From assembly GCA_004022145.1 (NCBI GenBank), contig RCNU01000011.1: a stretch of DNA of 23,478 bases; one strand, written 5' to 3'. The translations under genes and the position numbers were made by a program. Shown in pieces: positions 11,872 to 21,617 of this stretch; the first letter of the stretch is position 1, and each line of letters starts with the position of its first letter. This DNA is from Paecilomyces variotii. Taxonomy: Eukaryota. A model generated the notes under the pieces. That model ran no database searches and was not told the DNA's origin. It saw nothing but the letters and a program-made list of their open reading frames with translations.

Positions 11872-11895
11872 TCAAGCCAGGCCAGCGTGGTCCAT
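11872..11895 (-). other. Candidate uORF (MDHAGLA*) in the leader of the F-box-like gene
   Basis: Minus strand reads CCGCC-ATG-GAC-CAC-GCT-GGC-CTG-GCT-TGA, 250 nt upstream of the main ATG at 11645. Confidence 0.4.
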
Positions 11896-12070
11896 GGCGG
11901 AGACGGGCGCTTCGTTGGAGGTCTGTCGTGTGTCGGTGTCTCACGCCGGGAGGATGAGGGGTGACAAGTCAGGCAGCCTGGATCGGGCAGCGCCAGGTGA
12001 ACACGAATAGATAGACGATAGTTCAGTGTAGAGTAGAGCGCCCTGGGTAGAAGAAATCAAAGTGCTGGCT

Positions 12071-12150
12071 GGAGAGGAGTTGGAGAGGGAAAGCCTGGTG
12101 GAGGAAAGGGAGGAGGAAGAAAGAAGGGAAAAGCGACAAGAGAGACGGGC
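12071..12150 (-). promoter_or_regulatory. Pyrimidine-rich (CT-box-like) tract, probable core promoter/TSS region of the F-box-like gene
   Basis: The plus strand is almost pure purine here (ggagaggagttggagagggaa...ggaggaagaaagaagggaaaag), so the minus strand is CT-rich. Such tracts are typical of filamentous-fungal TSS regions. Confidence 0.35.
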
Positions 12151-12192
12151 GAGGCTGAAAGGGATTCGAGGAGCATCTGCGATTATCATTAT

Positions 12193-12214
12193 TCTCTCTC
12201 TCTCTCTCTCTCTC
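12193..12214. repeat. (TC)11 dinucleotide microsatellite
   Basis: tctctctctctctctctctctc read directly from the sequence. Confidence 0.9.
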
Positions 12215-13121
12215 CCTTCCAGAAGCCACCGGATGGTCCACCACGCCTCTGATCCCCGCCCCGACAGTCTACAGTAGTATAATAATTAACAGCATTCTCT
12301 TCTGAGATGGGGAGTTCGTCCAGGCTGACACCGCTATCTCCTAGCCGGTGTTTCAAGGACCGCCTCCTGCGACGGCTTCATTACAACCTTTTCTATCCAT
12401 CATTACAGAGATCACCAATATGTACTGTACAGTTGTGTCAACTGATTAGTTACTTACTTATTTTGTGCTGACCTCGCATAGATATGCCTGAGGCAGTTGT
12501 GTTTAAGCAGAGTACGATCGACAACTATAACCAGTCTAGTTATTACTATTGGTCTTGAGAAGTCTGGCGCTGGTATTACAGATAACAGGATCGCCATGTC
12601 CAATGATAAGGATAACGAGGCTGAATTCGCACGCGACTGCGGCGCAGACTCAAGCGATGCTGAGAGCATTGTCTGTGCACGCCCATTCTTTCCAAGCCAG
12701 TCTTCATTAAATTCTGTACGGAGTATTTCAGGGATGGAAACATGACGCTGGAGAGAGGGAAACATCGGCATGCATTCCCGACAACAACTTAGAGAGAACA
12801 TGGAGGGTTACTGAGTCGTATCCTGATCAGAGGAGCAACTAGAGTAGTTAACTGGAGAAGTCCACTTGATTCTTCCGGTGGGGAAGACGAATCGGCAAAC
12901 CGTGTTACTTGATGGGTGTGATACTTACGGACTATCGAAGCTTTGACGATCTGCTCTTGGCCGACAGATCCCCAGCGCCGCCGTAGTCGTAATATATCGT
13001 GTACTACTTACTATATATACATTTAAAGTTCAATAAAGAAAACTACTTTACTGAGAATTGATATAAAAAAGCGGTACTGCATTTCCCGGATTTTCATCCG
13101 CAAACTCGTCCGGAATATAAA

Positions 13122-13714
13122 TTAAAACACACCCGGGGTGAAATCGACCACCTGCACCTTTTCAACCACTGCACCCAAGGAGTTCGCGAATGCGAGGTGC
13201 GCAGGGTCTTTGAGAGTATAATAGTCTCGATCCTCTTCAGTCTCGAACTCTTCCACGAAAATGTGTGTGAACCCTCCCTGGAATACAAAGTTAGTTTGGT
13301 TATCGACTGGTGGACGGTGTAATGACCTTTACATGAGGGGAACGGAGCAGACAAGTGCTGGGGGGCCAAAGATTGGAATACATACCGACTTGCCCTCGGG
13401 GCTAGTCTGCTTCCCACCAGCAGAGGATTTGATATATGGTTTGTTCGTTGTCGGATGAATACACTGGTCCTTGAGCGACAGCATGCGGTCGACCACCTGC
13501 AAAACACCGCGCGAAACAGACGTTAGCTGCGGCCTATGGATGTCTAGGACAATCTCATATGATGTCAAGCAGATATCGATGCTTTGTAGGTATTAAGACA
13601 CGACTGCTCGAATCGCTTGACTAGCAGTGAATTTCAATAGAGACATACATCCTGAATGGTCGCCTCAGAGGCATCTGGCTTGAACTGGAACATGACAATG
13701 TGGACGATCGCCAT
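13122..13714 (-). CDS. Stress-responsive A/B barrel (Dabb) domain protein, 110 aa; exons 13714-13649, 13496-13386, 13277-13122
   Basis: Spliced product MAIVHIVMFQFKPDASEATIQD-VVDRMLSLKDQCIHPTTNKPYIKSSAGGKQTSPEGKS-GGFTHIFVEEFETEEDRDYYTLKDPAHLAFANSLGAVVEKVQVVDFTPGVF*. Dabb motifs HIVMF.FK, GFTH.F..EF, DP.H and VVDF. Both introns are GTATGT..CTAAC..CAG, phase 0. The ORF track does not show the gene intact. Confidence 0.92.
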
Positions 13715-14746
13715 CTTGGTTTCGTTTACCACGTTGATACAAGCGAACGATGATGATACGAAGGATCGAGAGAGAAAGGAACAGAGCGGGGTAAGAGGAG
13801 TGCTTGAGCAGGGTGAAAGACAGCGTTAGTTACGTGGTTGTTCCGGGGTTATAAATCCTCCAGCTACTCCTGGAGATAAGCGGCATATACAGTACCTACC
13901 TGGTAGTTAACACATCGAAGATGGGGGCACCCTAATTTTAAGTCTGCCTCCACTGGAACTTACGTGAACTCATGTTTCCTGTGCGAGATAACTAACTGGT
14001 TAACTATAAGTCCAGAATACTCATACTCTTGACAAGAAACTAAAAGAACCCATGTCCACATACTTCGGAGTTACGATTTCAGCAATTTGCGTTAGAGACA
14101 TACCATTTCATTACATATGGATCATATAGCACTGATGTTATTCCTACAGAGAGCATGGGAATTATAAATCACAAAAGGTCGAGGAACTGCCCCGCTTGTC
14201 CCCGCCACAAAGTCCGATCCCCACATCAGAGAGAGGCCACCAAAGGGGATCTATGATCAATATAACATACAGCAGTACAAACACACTGGACAGTTCTCCG
14301 AACTCTCCTTGGAGGAGACACAAACCAATCAATTGAGACGCCGCGGGTATCTATCCTATTAACCAAAAAGGGTCGCTGTTGTACGGTACGATAGTGGAAA
14401 CAAAAGACTGTCGCAAAGCTGGGGATGTTCGCGTGTCGGGATATCAAAAACAGTCGAAATGTCGTGGATCAACTTCAATCAATGCCCATCACCGGACCAA
14501 CGCCTTCGTAATGGAAACTCGGGGACACCGCCGGCAAACGAACCACCTCCCTTTACTTGATATACGCCGCATAGAATGCAAAATGAACGGCCGTCAAACA
14601 GTGAAGAGAGCATCGGAGAGACAGCGAAGGAAGAAAAAGAAAGAAATCGAGATAGAAACAGTATGGTTGGACCACAAAAGAAATTAATGCCCGAAATGAA
14701 ATGAAAGACTGGACCTGCCTGTCGGAGTGGCATCCATAGAACAAAC

Positions 14747-16567
14747 TTAGGCTTCATCCGATTCGGATTGCCCTTCCCAATCAAAATCAGAATAAACAGG
14801 GGGTATCTCTGTGCTCGGACTCAAAAGGCCTCTTGCGCTTTCTCCAATTTCACTCATCTCATCCGGTGCGAGCACCCGGCCACCAAGCTCAACATCGCTT
14901 ACTGTCACATGGTATTCGAGTGCTTTCTTGCCCTCTTTGATCAGCTCCTCCGTCCACCCCAGGCATCGCTTCAGGCTTTGATTCATCTTCTGACTGTCGA
15001 CCAATAATTCCTGATGTTTAGATAGATCTAGTGAGAATCGTTTCTCATCTGGAGCGGTGCTGCTGTCGTCTGCGAAGGATGACTCGTCATCGCCTGAATC
15101 TGAAAGTTCTTCAGGTGTGTGGACTGCAGCCTGTTCACTGATCCCATCGTCCGTTTCGCTGACAATCGAGAGACCAGTTCCGGATGTCGAGCGGAGTGAG
15201 GTAGAAATAGACAGACGGCCGGATCGACTCAATCGTCGATAACGCCGCAGTTCCGCCTGTTGCTTCCGTAGTTCACGTTCTAGCGTGCGGTTGATTGCCA
15301 ACAACGACGAGTTGCTTATTTCGAGGTCCAAGACCTTGCGCTCCGTTCGCGCAGTGGCCGCAGCATCACTGATATCCTGTCCATTCACGTCCGTCTTAAT
15401 AGGGCTCTGCGCCAATGGAATAGGGGCGGAAGGTTCTAGAGAGAAGGAGGAACCATTGCTTGTAATTCTCGGACGTGGTTCTGGTGTCTGCGCGGTCGCC
15501 GCTGTAGCCTCGGACGGTATAAGAGCCGGCGACAGAGAGGAGCTGGCCCTTCGTCTCTCCTGATGAGGAGTGGTCTGATGTGGCGAGTCAACACTTATGG
15601 TTCTCCTGTGAGGGGTGGGTAAGCCGACAACGCTCGACGGCCTTTCCTCCGGACTGTTCGGAGATGAGGCTTGCCAGCGCGGGGGCTTGTTCTCTGCAAA
15701 GTCGTCAATCTGGGGGCTAGCTAGAAGATGCCCATCGAAAGACCGGCGGCTGTTTGAATCTGGTAGCTGTGGTGATCTCAATCGAGGAGACAAGACCGGG
15801 GGAGTTTTGCTAGCGACAACTGGCCGCGGTGGACCAGTAGACCGCCGTTTCGCGACAGGCAATGCTTTGTTCGGGTCGTCCGTCTGGGAATTCTCTTTTG
15901 GCCCGTTGGAGTATAGGAAGGCGACCGTGGGCGTGGTCTTCACGTATGATCTGGGGCGACTATCCTGTTCAAAGGAGGAAACGGAGGACCGTGCGTCATC
16001 AGCACGAAAGAACATAGGGGATCCCGCGGAGCTTCCACAGGACGAATCGGGGCGCGAGGAGGCGCTCTGATGATAGTTTTCTGTCGAACTACTCTTTTCG
16101 CGTAGGGATCGTGGTGGCTCTAGCCTCGCATTGCCGCGGCCGGGGCTACGCTCTGTCCGGTGACCCCCCGTCGATACAGAGGGAGCAGACCGTGTCGTCT
16201 GTTGCATATAGTATGCCGCTCCAGGGCTGGTCGTCACCGGGGGCGATGCTGTGCCATCCCGTCTGGAGTTTCGCGGACCAGAGCGGGGAGTGACGTTGGC
16301 ACTGAGGTAGTTTGTGTTGGATGCGTCTTCTCTCGAGGCAATCGGGGAAGTCGTCTCCGCGTACGCTGGTCGTCGAGGGGTCAGGTAGCCTCCCGAACTG
16401 GCAAGTTTGGGTGTGAGGGGTGTTTTGCTGGATCTATTAAAGGCGGCACTGAGGCTGGGAGTGAGAGGTTTGCCGGAAGGGCCGTTGCTTTGTTTATCTG
16501 GAGTCATAGTTGCGGCGGGAACGGCGGTTCTCAGCGTGGGCGAACGACGAAATTGATCGCGCATCAT
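14747..16567 (-). CDS. Ser/Pro/Arg-rich, largely disordered protein with C-terminal coiled coils, function unknown, ~606 aa (start uncertain: ATG 16567, 16564 or 16507)
   Basis: Single open frame of 1.8 kb. Heptad-like segments ARTERKVLDLEISNSSLLAINRTLERELRKQQAELRRYRR and LDLSKHQELLVDSQKMNQSLKRCLGWTEELIKEGKKALEY. Pyrimidine-rich leader upstream (about 16660-16720). Confidence 0.8.
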   Translation of the reverse strand: MMRDQFRRSPTLRTAVPAATMTPDKQSNGPSGKPLTPSLSAAFNRSSKTPLTPKLASSGGYLTPRRPAYAETTSPIASREDASNTNYLSANVTPRSGPRNSRRDGTASPPVTTSPGAAYYMQQTTRSAPSVSTGGHRTERSPGRGNARLEPPRSLREKSSSTENYHQSASSRPDSSCGSSAGSPMFFRADDARSSVSSFEQDSRPRSYVKTTPTVAFLYSNGPKENSQTDDPNKALPVAKRRSTGPPRPVVASKTPPVLSPRLRSPQLPDSNSRRSFDGHLLASPQIDDFAENKPPRWQASSPNSPEERPSSVVGLPTPHRRTISVDSPHQTTPHQERRRASSSLSPALIPSEATAATAQTPEPRPRITSNGSSFSLEPSAPIPLAQSPIKTDVNGQDISDAAATARTERKVLDLEISNSSLLAINRTLERELRKQQAELRRYRRLSRSGRLSISTSLRSTSGTGLSIVSETDDGISEQAAVHTPEELSDSGDDESSFADDSSTAPDEKRFSLDLSKHQELLVDSQKMNQSLKRCLGWTEELIKEGKKALEYHVTVSDVELGGRVLAPDEMSEIGESARGLLSPSTEIPPVYSDFDWEGQSESDEA

Positions 16568-17170
16568 GGCATTGCGGGATCGGACGACTATCAGCAAGCA
16601 TGGTGGCCAGAGCCTATGAAAGACTATCTCCCGGGGCGATCAGACGCAGCCAGGAGAATCAGGCGAGGGAGAATTGGGGGGTTTGGCAGATGTAGAAGTA
16701 AGAAGGGGGAAGTGGAGGACTGGAGTGTTGTCCGCTTGTTGTCCCACGGGTCGAAAAACATCGCTGCCCCAGGAGGGTTTAGCGCGCACGGGCAGGGTGG
16801 CGCTCCACTTCACACGTCAACAACGGCTGCTCCACTCGGTGAAGATGTTGAAGTTGTTGAAGATGGAGGATACAGGCAGTCGATTCAATTCAGGTGGTAA
16901 CAGCAGAGATATATATATACATCTTGCTTTTGATTTTCTTGGTGTCCACTCGAATAAACGGAGAACATCGGCTGAGATTCTCTCTGGATCGTGCGAGAAC
17001 CGATCTGGGTACCTCTGAATCGGACAGTGATGTAGAAGACTGTAATTCCCAAGGCCACCGAGTCCTCTGGAGCTTTCGTTGGTAGATCTCAATCTCACTT
17101 CGGACTCTGACTAGACTTCAACTTCTTGCTCTCGCGGGAACAGAGGAGCTCTGTCGCCATTGATCCATTC

Positions 17171-19049
17171 TCATCCAAAGAATAGACGTTTCTGTCTGCT
17201 ATCCCCTTCCGCGCTGATGGATTTGAGGGCTGTTTTCCTCTTTCGAGGCTGTGACGGTGCTGGTGTCGCTTCTCGTGAAGCCCCTTGGACCGCTTCCTTA
17301 ATAGTCTGCTTCGACAAGCAGAAATCAATGTGCTCATTAAACGTCTTGTCATCCGCCGCCTGAGGTCGGGAACAAATAGGACACTCCCAGAACTCGTCCT
17401 TCGTTGCGTCTGAAATGTCTGACCCGAGATTATGGGATCCCGCCGAAGGTGAAACCTCTTGACTGAGGCTCTCTAGCTCATTCATCTCATCCTGTCTCTC
17501 CTGGCGTGCCGCATGCTCAAACTCCTCTTCAGCGTTGAGTTCGCGCTCACCGCTGGCATCCACGGAGGACGGCAACGTCTGCTTTTTTTGAGCATGTATC
17601 CCGAAGAAGTCAATTCCGACTCTCTTTGTGCTGACGAGGTTCGTACATCGAAGCCCTAGGAGCCGCAGCGTGAGATTTGGGATCTCCCTCTCCAACTTGA
17701 CCAACATAGGCAGTGCAAATGCGTAGAGGTCTTTCGCTAGCCATACTGCTCTTGGTGGGACAGTTTGGCGTGTCAAGACCTCGAAGGTGTGCAGCTTCAC
17801 CTTCAATACGAGCGTGCGACCTTTGAACTGCGTTCTGGCAAGGTCCTTTTCTAGTTCCTCCGCCGCCCAGCGAAGCTTTTCTCGCAGTGCCTCTGCGCCA
17901 CTTGTCTCCCGAAAGGTACTCTCGGTACCTACACTTTTTCGCTCATACTCTTCAGCAGGCTGGATTTTCGTTCGTCCAAGACCCAGGTAACATTCCATCA
18001 AGAAATGGAACGCTTTTTCTCCGAACAATCTCGCTAGGAATGCTCGTTGAGGGTATATATCGCCGCACGTTGCGATCCCTATTGCATCTAACTCGCGCTC
18101 AAATACGCGCCCGACACCATTCACCTTGCGCACAGGAAGATCCCTCATAAACTCCATCATGGCATCTCTGTGACTGGGGACGTAGAACTGGCCATTGGGC
18201 TTGTTTTTGTTGGACGCGATCTTGGCTATCTTCGCATTAGGTGCAATTCCTGCGGATACTGAAATTTTGGTCTTTTCCAAAACCTCAGAGCGCATCTTTT
18301 GGACGGCTTCCTGTGGATCAATCGAATTTTCTGCACAGTAGGAAGTGATGTTAAGATACGCCTCGTCGATACTCGCGCTCTCGAAGCGTGGATCGTAATT
18401 GGCCAAAATCGCACGAATCTCTTCAGCTTTAGCATTGTACTTATCGAAATTCTGCGGCAGGCAGATCAATTGCGGACATAACTTTTTGGCGACAAAGGTC
18501 GCCATTCCACTGCGGCAGCCAAATCGTCTGGCATGGTAATTGCAGGTTGTCAAAACACCCTTGCCTACGGCCATCGGTACCTCTTTTAGCTCAGGCCGGT
18601 CGAGCTCTTCGACAGCTGCAAAGAACGCATCGCAGTCGACATGTACAATTGTCTGGGATAGATCCCGATTTAGCTCCAATTCAGCGAGATAGTCGTCCGC
18701 CTTTCGTAGGTCCTGGGATAAATCTAGGCGTTCTAGGCATGCTTTTTCGGCTTGGATGCGTTTGACCTTCTCTGTGAGGATTTGGTCCCGGATTTCTTCC
18801 CGGTTAAAGAATTTAGATCCTTTTGATGCATTATAAATGATCTCTGAGACCTATATCATCTGGCTTAGTATGAAAGCTACTGAGCAGTGCAGAATCGCCG
18901 CTCACCTTCCGCTGATCTACAGTATCTTGGCCAGCCTTGGTCAGAGACGGCCCCAGAAGATGGTACTTGAGAGTATCGTGAGTACCATCAGTATCAGGAG
19001 CGTCAACTGCCGGCGCTGCAACATCGGGCTCTTGGGTGACTGGATCCAT
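17171..19049 (-). CDS. POLK: Y-family DNA polymerase kappa (DinB orthologue), ~607 aa; exons 19049-18906, 18850-17171
   Basis: Pol-kappa N-clasp KAGQDTVDQRK|VSEIIYNASKGSKFF. Catalytic motifs IVHVDCDAFFAAVE, TCNYHARRFG and ASIDEAYL. Also RKSVGTESTF, LRLLGLR, a UBZ4 finger CPIC...NEHIDFC, NLS-like PRKRK and a terminal PIP-like QKRLFF. Intron 18905-18851 (GTGAGC..TAG). Confidence 0.96.
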
Positions 19050-19207
19050 TGATGCTGCGCGCTGCGAGGAATGTTCTCCAAAGCAGGCAATCATATTGAA
19101 CGCCTCATCACGTGAGGACGCGTTGCTGTTCGCGTCACGTGCACCTCACTTTCGTCGTCATTGGAAATGCGAGTCGGTCAACTCCATTGCAATCTAAACA
19201 GGTCAGC
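19050..19207. promoter_or_regulatory. Compact bidirectional promoter shared by polK and nbs1, with MCB-like and CACGTG (bHLH/Cbf1-type) motifs
   Basis: 158 bp between divergent ATGs. TCACGTGA 19108-19115, ACGCGT 19118-19123, TCGCGT (=ACGCGA) 19130-19135 and GTCACGTG 19134-19141. Confidence 0.7.
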
Positions 19208-21617
19208 ATGTGGATTCTCGATTCCGAAGGGGATTTCCTGGAAGGTAAGTATTTGATTTACTTCATTTCGAAATGCAGCTCGCTGATGTCTTGCTAAGGT
19301 AGACGCGTATGGCTGAAACCCGGGAAGAAGTATCTCTTCGGTCGCATCAAGCAGGACGGAGGTGAGTCCCGGTTGAAACAGCTATTGCAACCAAGATCTG
19401 CTAATAACCTCCAACTTCTCGCAGTACGTCACGCTATACAACATGCCTCTATCTCCAGAAAACATCTCGTTATTGAAGTTTCTCCTGTGAAACCTGGCGA
19501 TGGTGTAAGTCTGCCTCGCAATTTCGATGTCGCATCCGCTAACCGCTCTGCAAGTCGCATATTCATACCAAATCAGAAATCACAGTCAGTGACCAGGGAT
19601 CTAAATGCGGTACCACTGTGGATGGAGAACAGATAAAAGGCCTTTCGAAACGTCTCAGTGGGGAGGAACACACAATCATCCTGGGAAGATACCAGAATCC
19701 ATTGAGGTATAAGCTCCAGATGAACAAAGTGCTTTAGACACGGCTTGACCGGTACAATAGGATTCGATGGCAATCTACCGTCCTTAGCTTTTCATTTTCG
19801 TCGAAAGAATTAAAAGCAAAGGACCCTTTAGGGCCCATACGCTCACGGCTGGAGGACTTGGATATCAAGACTATCATTCCGTATGTGGTCGGGAAGACAA
19901 CCCATGTCGTGCAGAACAAGCGAAACACGGCAAAGGGACTCCAAGCTCTCATAAATGGCCAGTACATCGTTCAGGACTCATACGTCGATGCTTTAGTATA
20001 TGCAGCTACGCCAGGGGACCTAGAGAATATAGAGTCGCTATCTCCTCTGGAAGAGAACTTCGACGCAGCCTGGCCAGATCCTTCCGAACACCTTCCACCT
20101 CCAGGAAAAGAGCCGATCCAGAGACCCCCGGAAGCCTTTGCACCAAATAAAGATCGCATCAATGTTTTCGAAGGCTATACTTTTGTCTTCTGCGACACTT
20201 CCCAGTTTGAGAATCTACAGGCTCCTATAACGAATGGCCACGGCAAGGCATTGTTCTATCAGATCGAAAACGGCGTCACCACCGCAGAAGAAATAATACA
20301 GTTCATGCGAAGTGCTGCAGGCCAGAAAGGGCTGGGAAGCGAACATGAAGGCCCAGGTGTTGTTCTTGTTCGTTTCCGTGCAAAGGGACGCTATGAATCG
20401 TGGTCTATTGAACTCGGAAACCAGGTTGCTTTAATGATGGATCAGCGCGTCATAGAACAGAGTGAGTTCCTGGATGCTATCCTGCGGAATGATGCGTCGT
20501 CTCTGTGTCGGCCTCTTCCCCGAGAGATAGAACCCAGCCAGGAAGCTATTCCTCCTAGAGCACCTTCAGAACCGACACCTGCTATGGACAGGGAAGCCCA
20601 GTCTCAGCAAGCACCTCAGCAAGATACCCAGACCTCTGAGGCAGTTGAGCAACCCAGGAAGCGCCGTCGGGTCCACAATTTTGTGAGCAAAGTGAAAACT
20701 TTCGATGATGGTTTCGATATGGAATCCATCCCAGTGTATACGCTGGAGGAAGGCGAATCTGCTCAGCCAGAATCTCAGGTAGTGCTTCACGATATGATCA
20801 GAAAGACGAAGCTGACGATTGGATACAGTATATGGAAATGGAACCAGCGACCAGTCAGCAAATCCAAAGCCAAGCACGTACTGACGAGGAAGATATGATG
20901 GCTAGCTTGCTTCCCGGTGCCAATGCGATGAAGAAGAGACGCGCAGAATCTAGTCAGAATAACCGACAAGAAGAAAACATCGCGCCTAAAGAAGTAATCC
21001 GCAAGCCGAAACGTCAAAAGCTTGACGTCCTGGAAGCAGCGCGGCAGCACCGCGAAGCTGAAGAAAACGCAGCTCAGGAGCAACTCCGTGAAGAAGAAGC
21101 GTCTCTCCAAGCTTCCCTGCAAGACATGAGCATAGAGCAGATGAAGAATCTCGTCATCGTCGAGGAAATGGAAGTACCTTCTAGGTTTGTGCGCTCTCAG
21201 ACAGTAGATGAGGGTAATCGGTGGAACGACCAATGGAATGGGAGGAAGAATTTCAAGAAATTTCGAAGAAAAGGAGATCTTAATATGCCCCGCAACCGTA
21301 TCCAGACCGTCATTGTTCCGTTGGAGGAGGTGAAGCGGAAAGACTACGGTGTCGGAGACATCTACTGGGCTGGTAATCGCAGTACTCCTGACAGCAGCAC
21401 GCGGGACCGAGCCAGTAACACAGAGCGACAACCTAGTCAGCCGCAACTGACGCAGTCAGATATAGCGGAATCTATATCCCAGCAGCCTATCCAGAAAGAT
21501 CCAACGCCCCCGCCTCCCAGAAACCCAAGGAGTCAACGGACTCAAAAAAGGGCTCGTGAAGTCCCTGACTCGGACAGTGACAACGAGCTACGGTTTCGGT
21601 TTCGTCGGAAAAGATAA
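19208..21617 (+). CDS. NBS1: Nibrin / Nbs1 (ScaA/RcaA-type), MRN complex subunit, ~712 aa; exons 19208-19244, 19299-19361, 19425-19504, 19555-19706, 19761-20778, 20829-21617
   Basis: Spliced FHA domain MWIL...YLFGR...SISRKH...DQGSKCGTTVDG. BRCT region THVV...TAKGLQALING, F.GYTFVF. Mre11-binding KNFKKFRRK. C-terminal acidic patch plus FxF (DSDSDNELRFRF), the Tel1/ATM-binding motif. Exons sum to 2139 nt in frame. Confidence 0.93.

Noticed and set aside
12300..13100. ORFs 12454..12801 (-) and 12497..12745 (+)
   Set aside because: No domain-like features. They overlap each other on opposite strands and probably lie in the promoter/terminator region between genes.
13497..13648. Longer (152-nt) Dabb intron as a snoRNA host or stwintron
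   Set aside because: I found no convincing C/D or H/ACA boxes and no nested donor-branch-acceptor set that rebuilds a splice site.
14226..14784. Several 60-100 aa ORFs downstream of the unknown coiled-coil gene
   Set aside because: Low-complexity A/T-rich 3'UTR-like sequence with no coding signature.
14747..16567. Assignment of the unknown protein as an Mto2/Spa18-type MTOC protein
   Set aside because: The disordered plus coiled-coil layout is similar, but I could not see the conserved Mto2-like motif as I recall it, so I assigned no name.
16160..16900. 246-aa plus-strand ORF antisense to the unknown gene
   Set aside because: Non-ATG start and Arg/Gly-rich composition typical of a shadow frame in GC-rich coding DNA.
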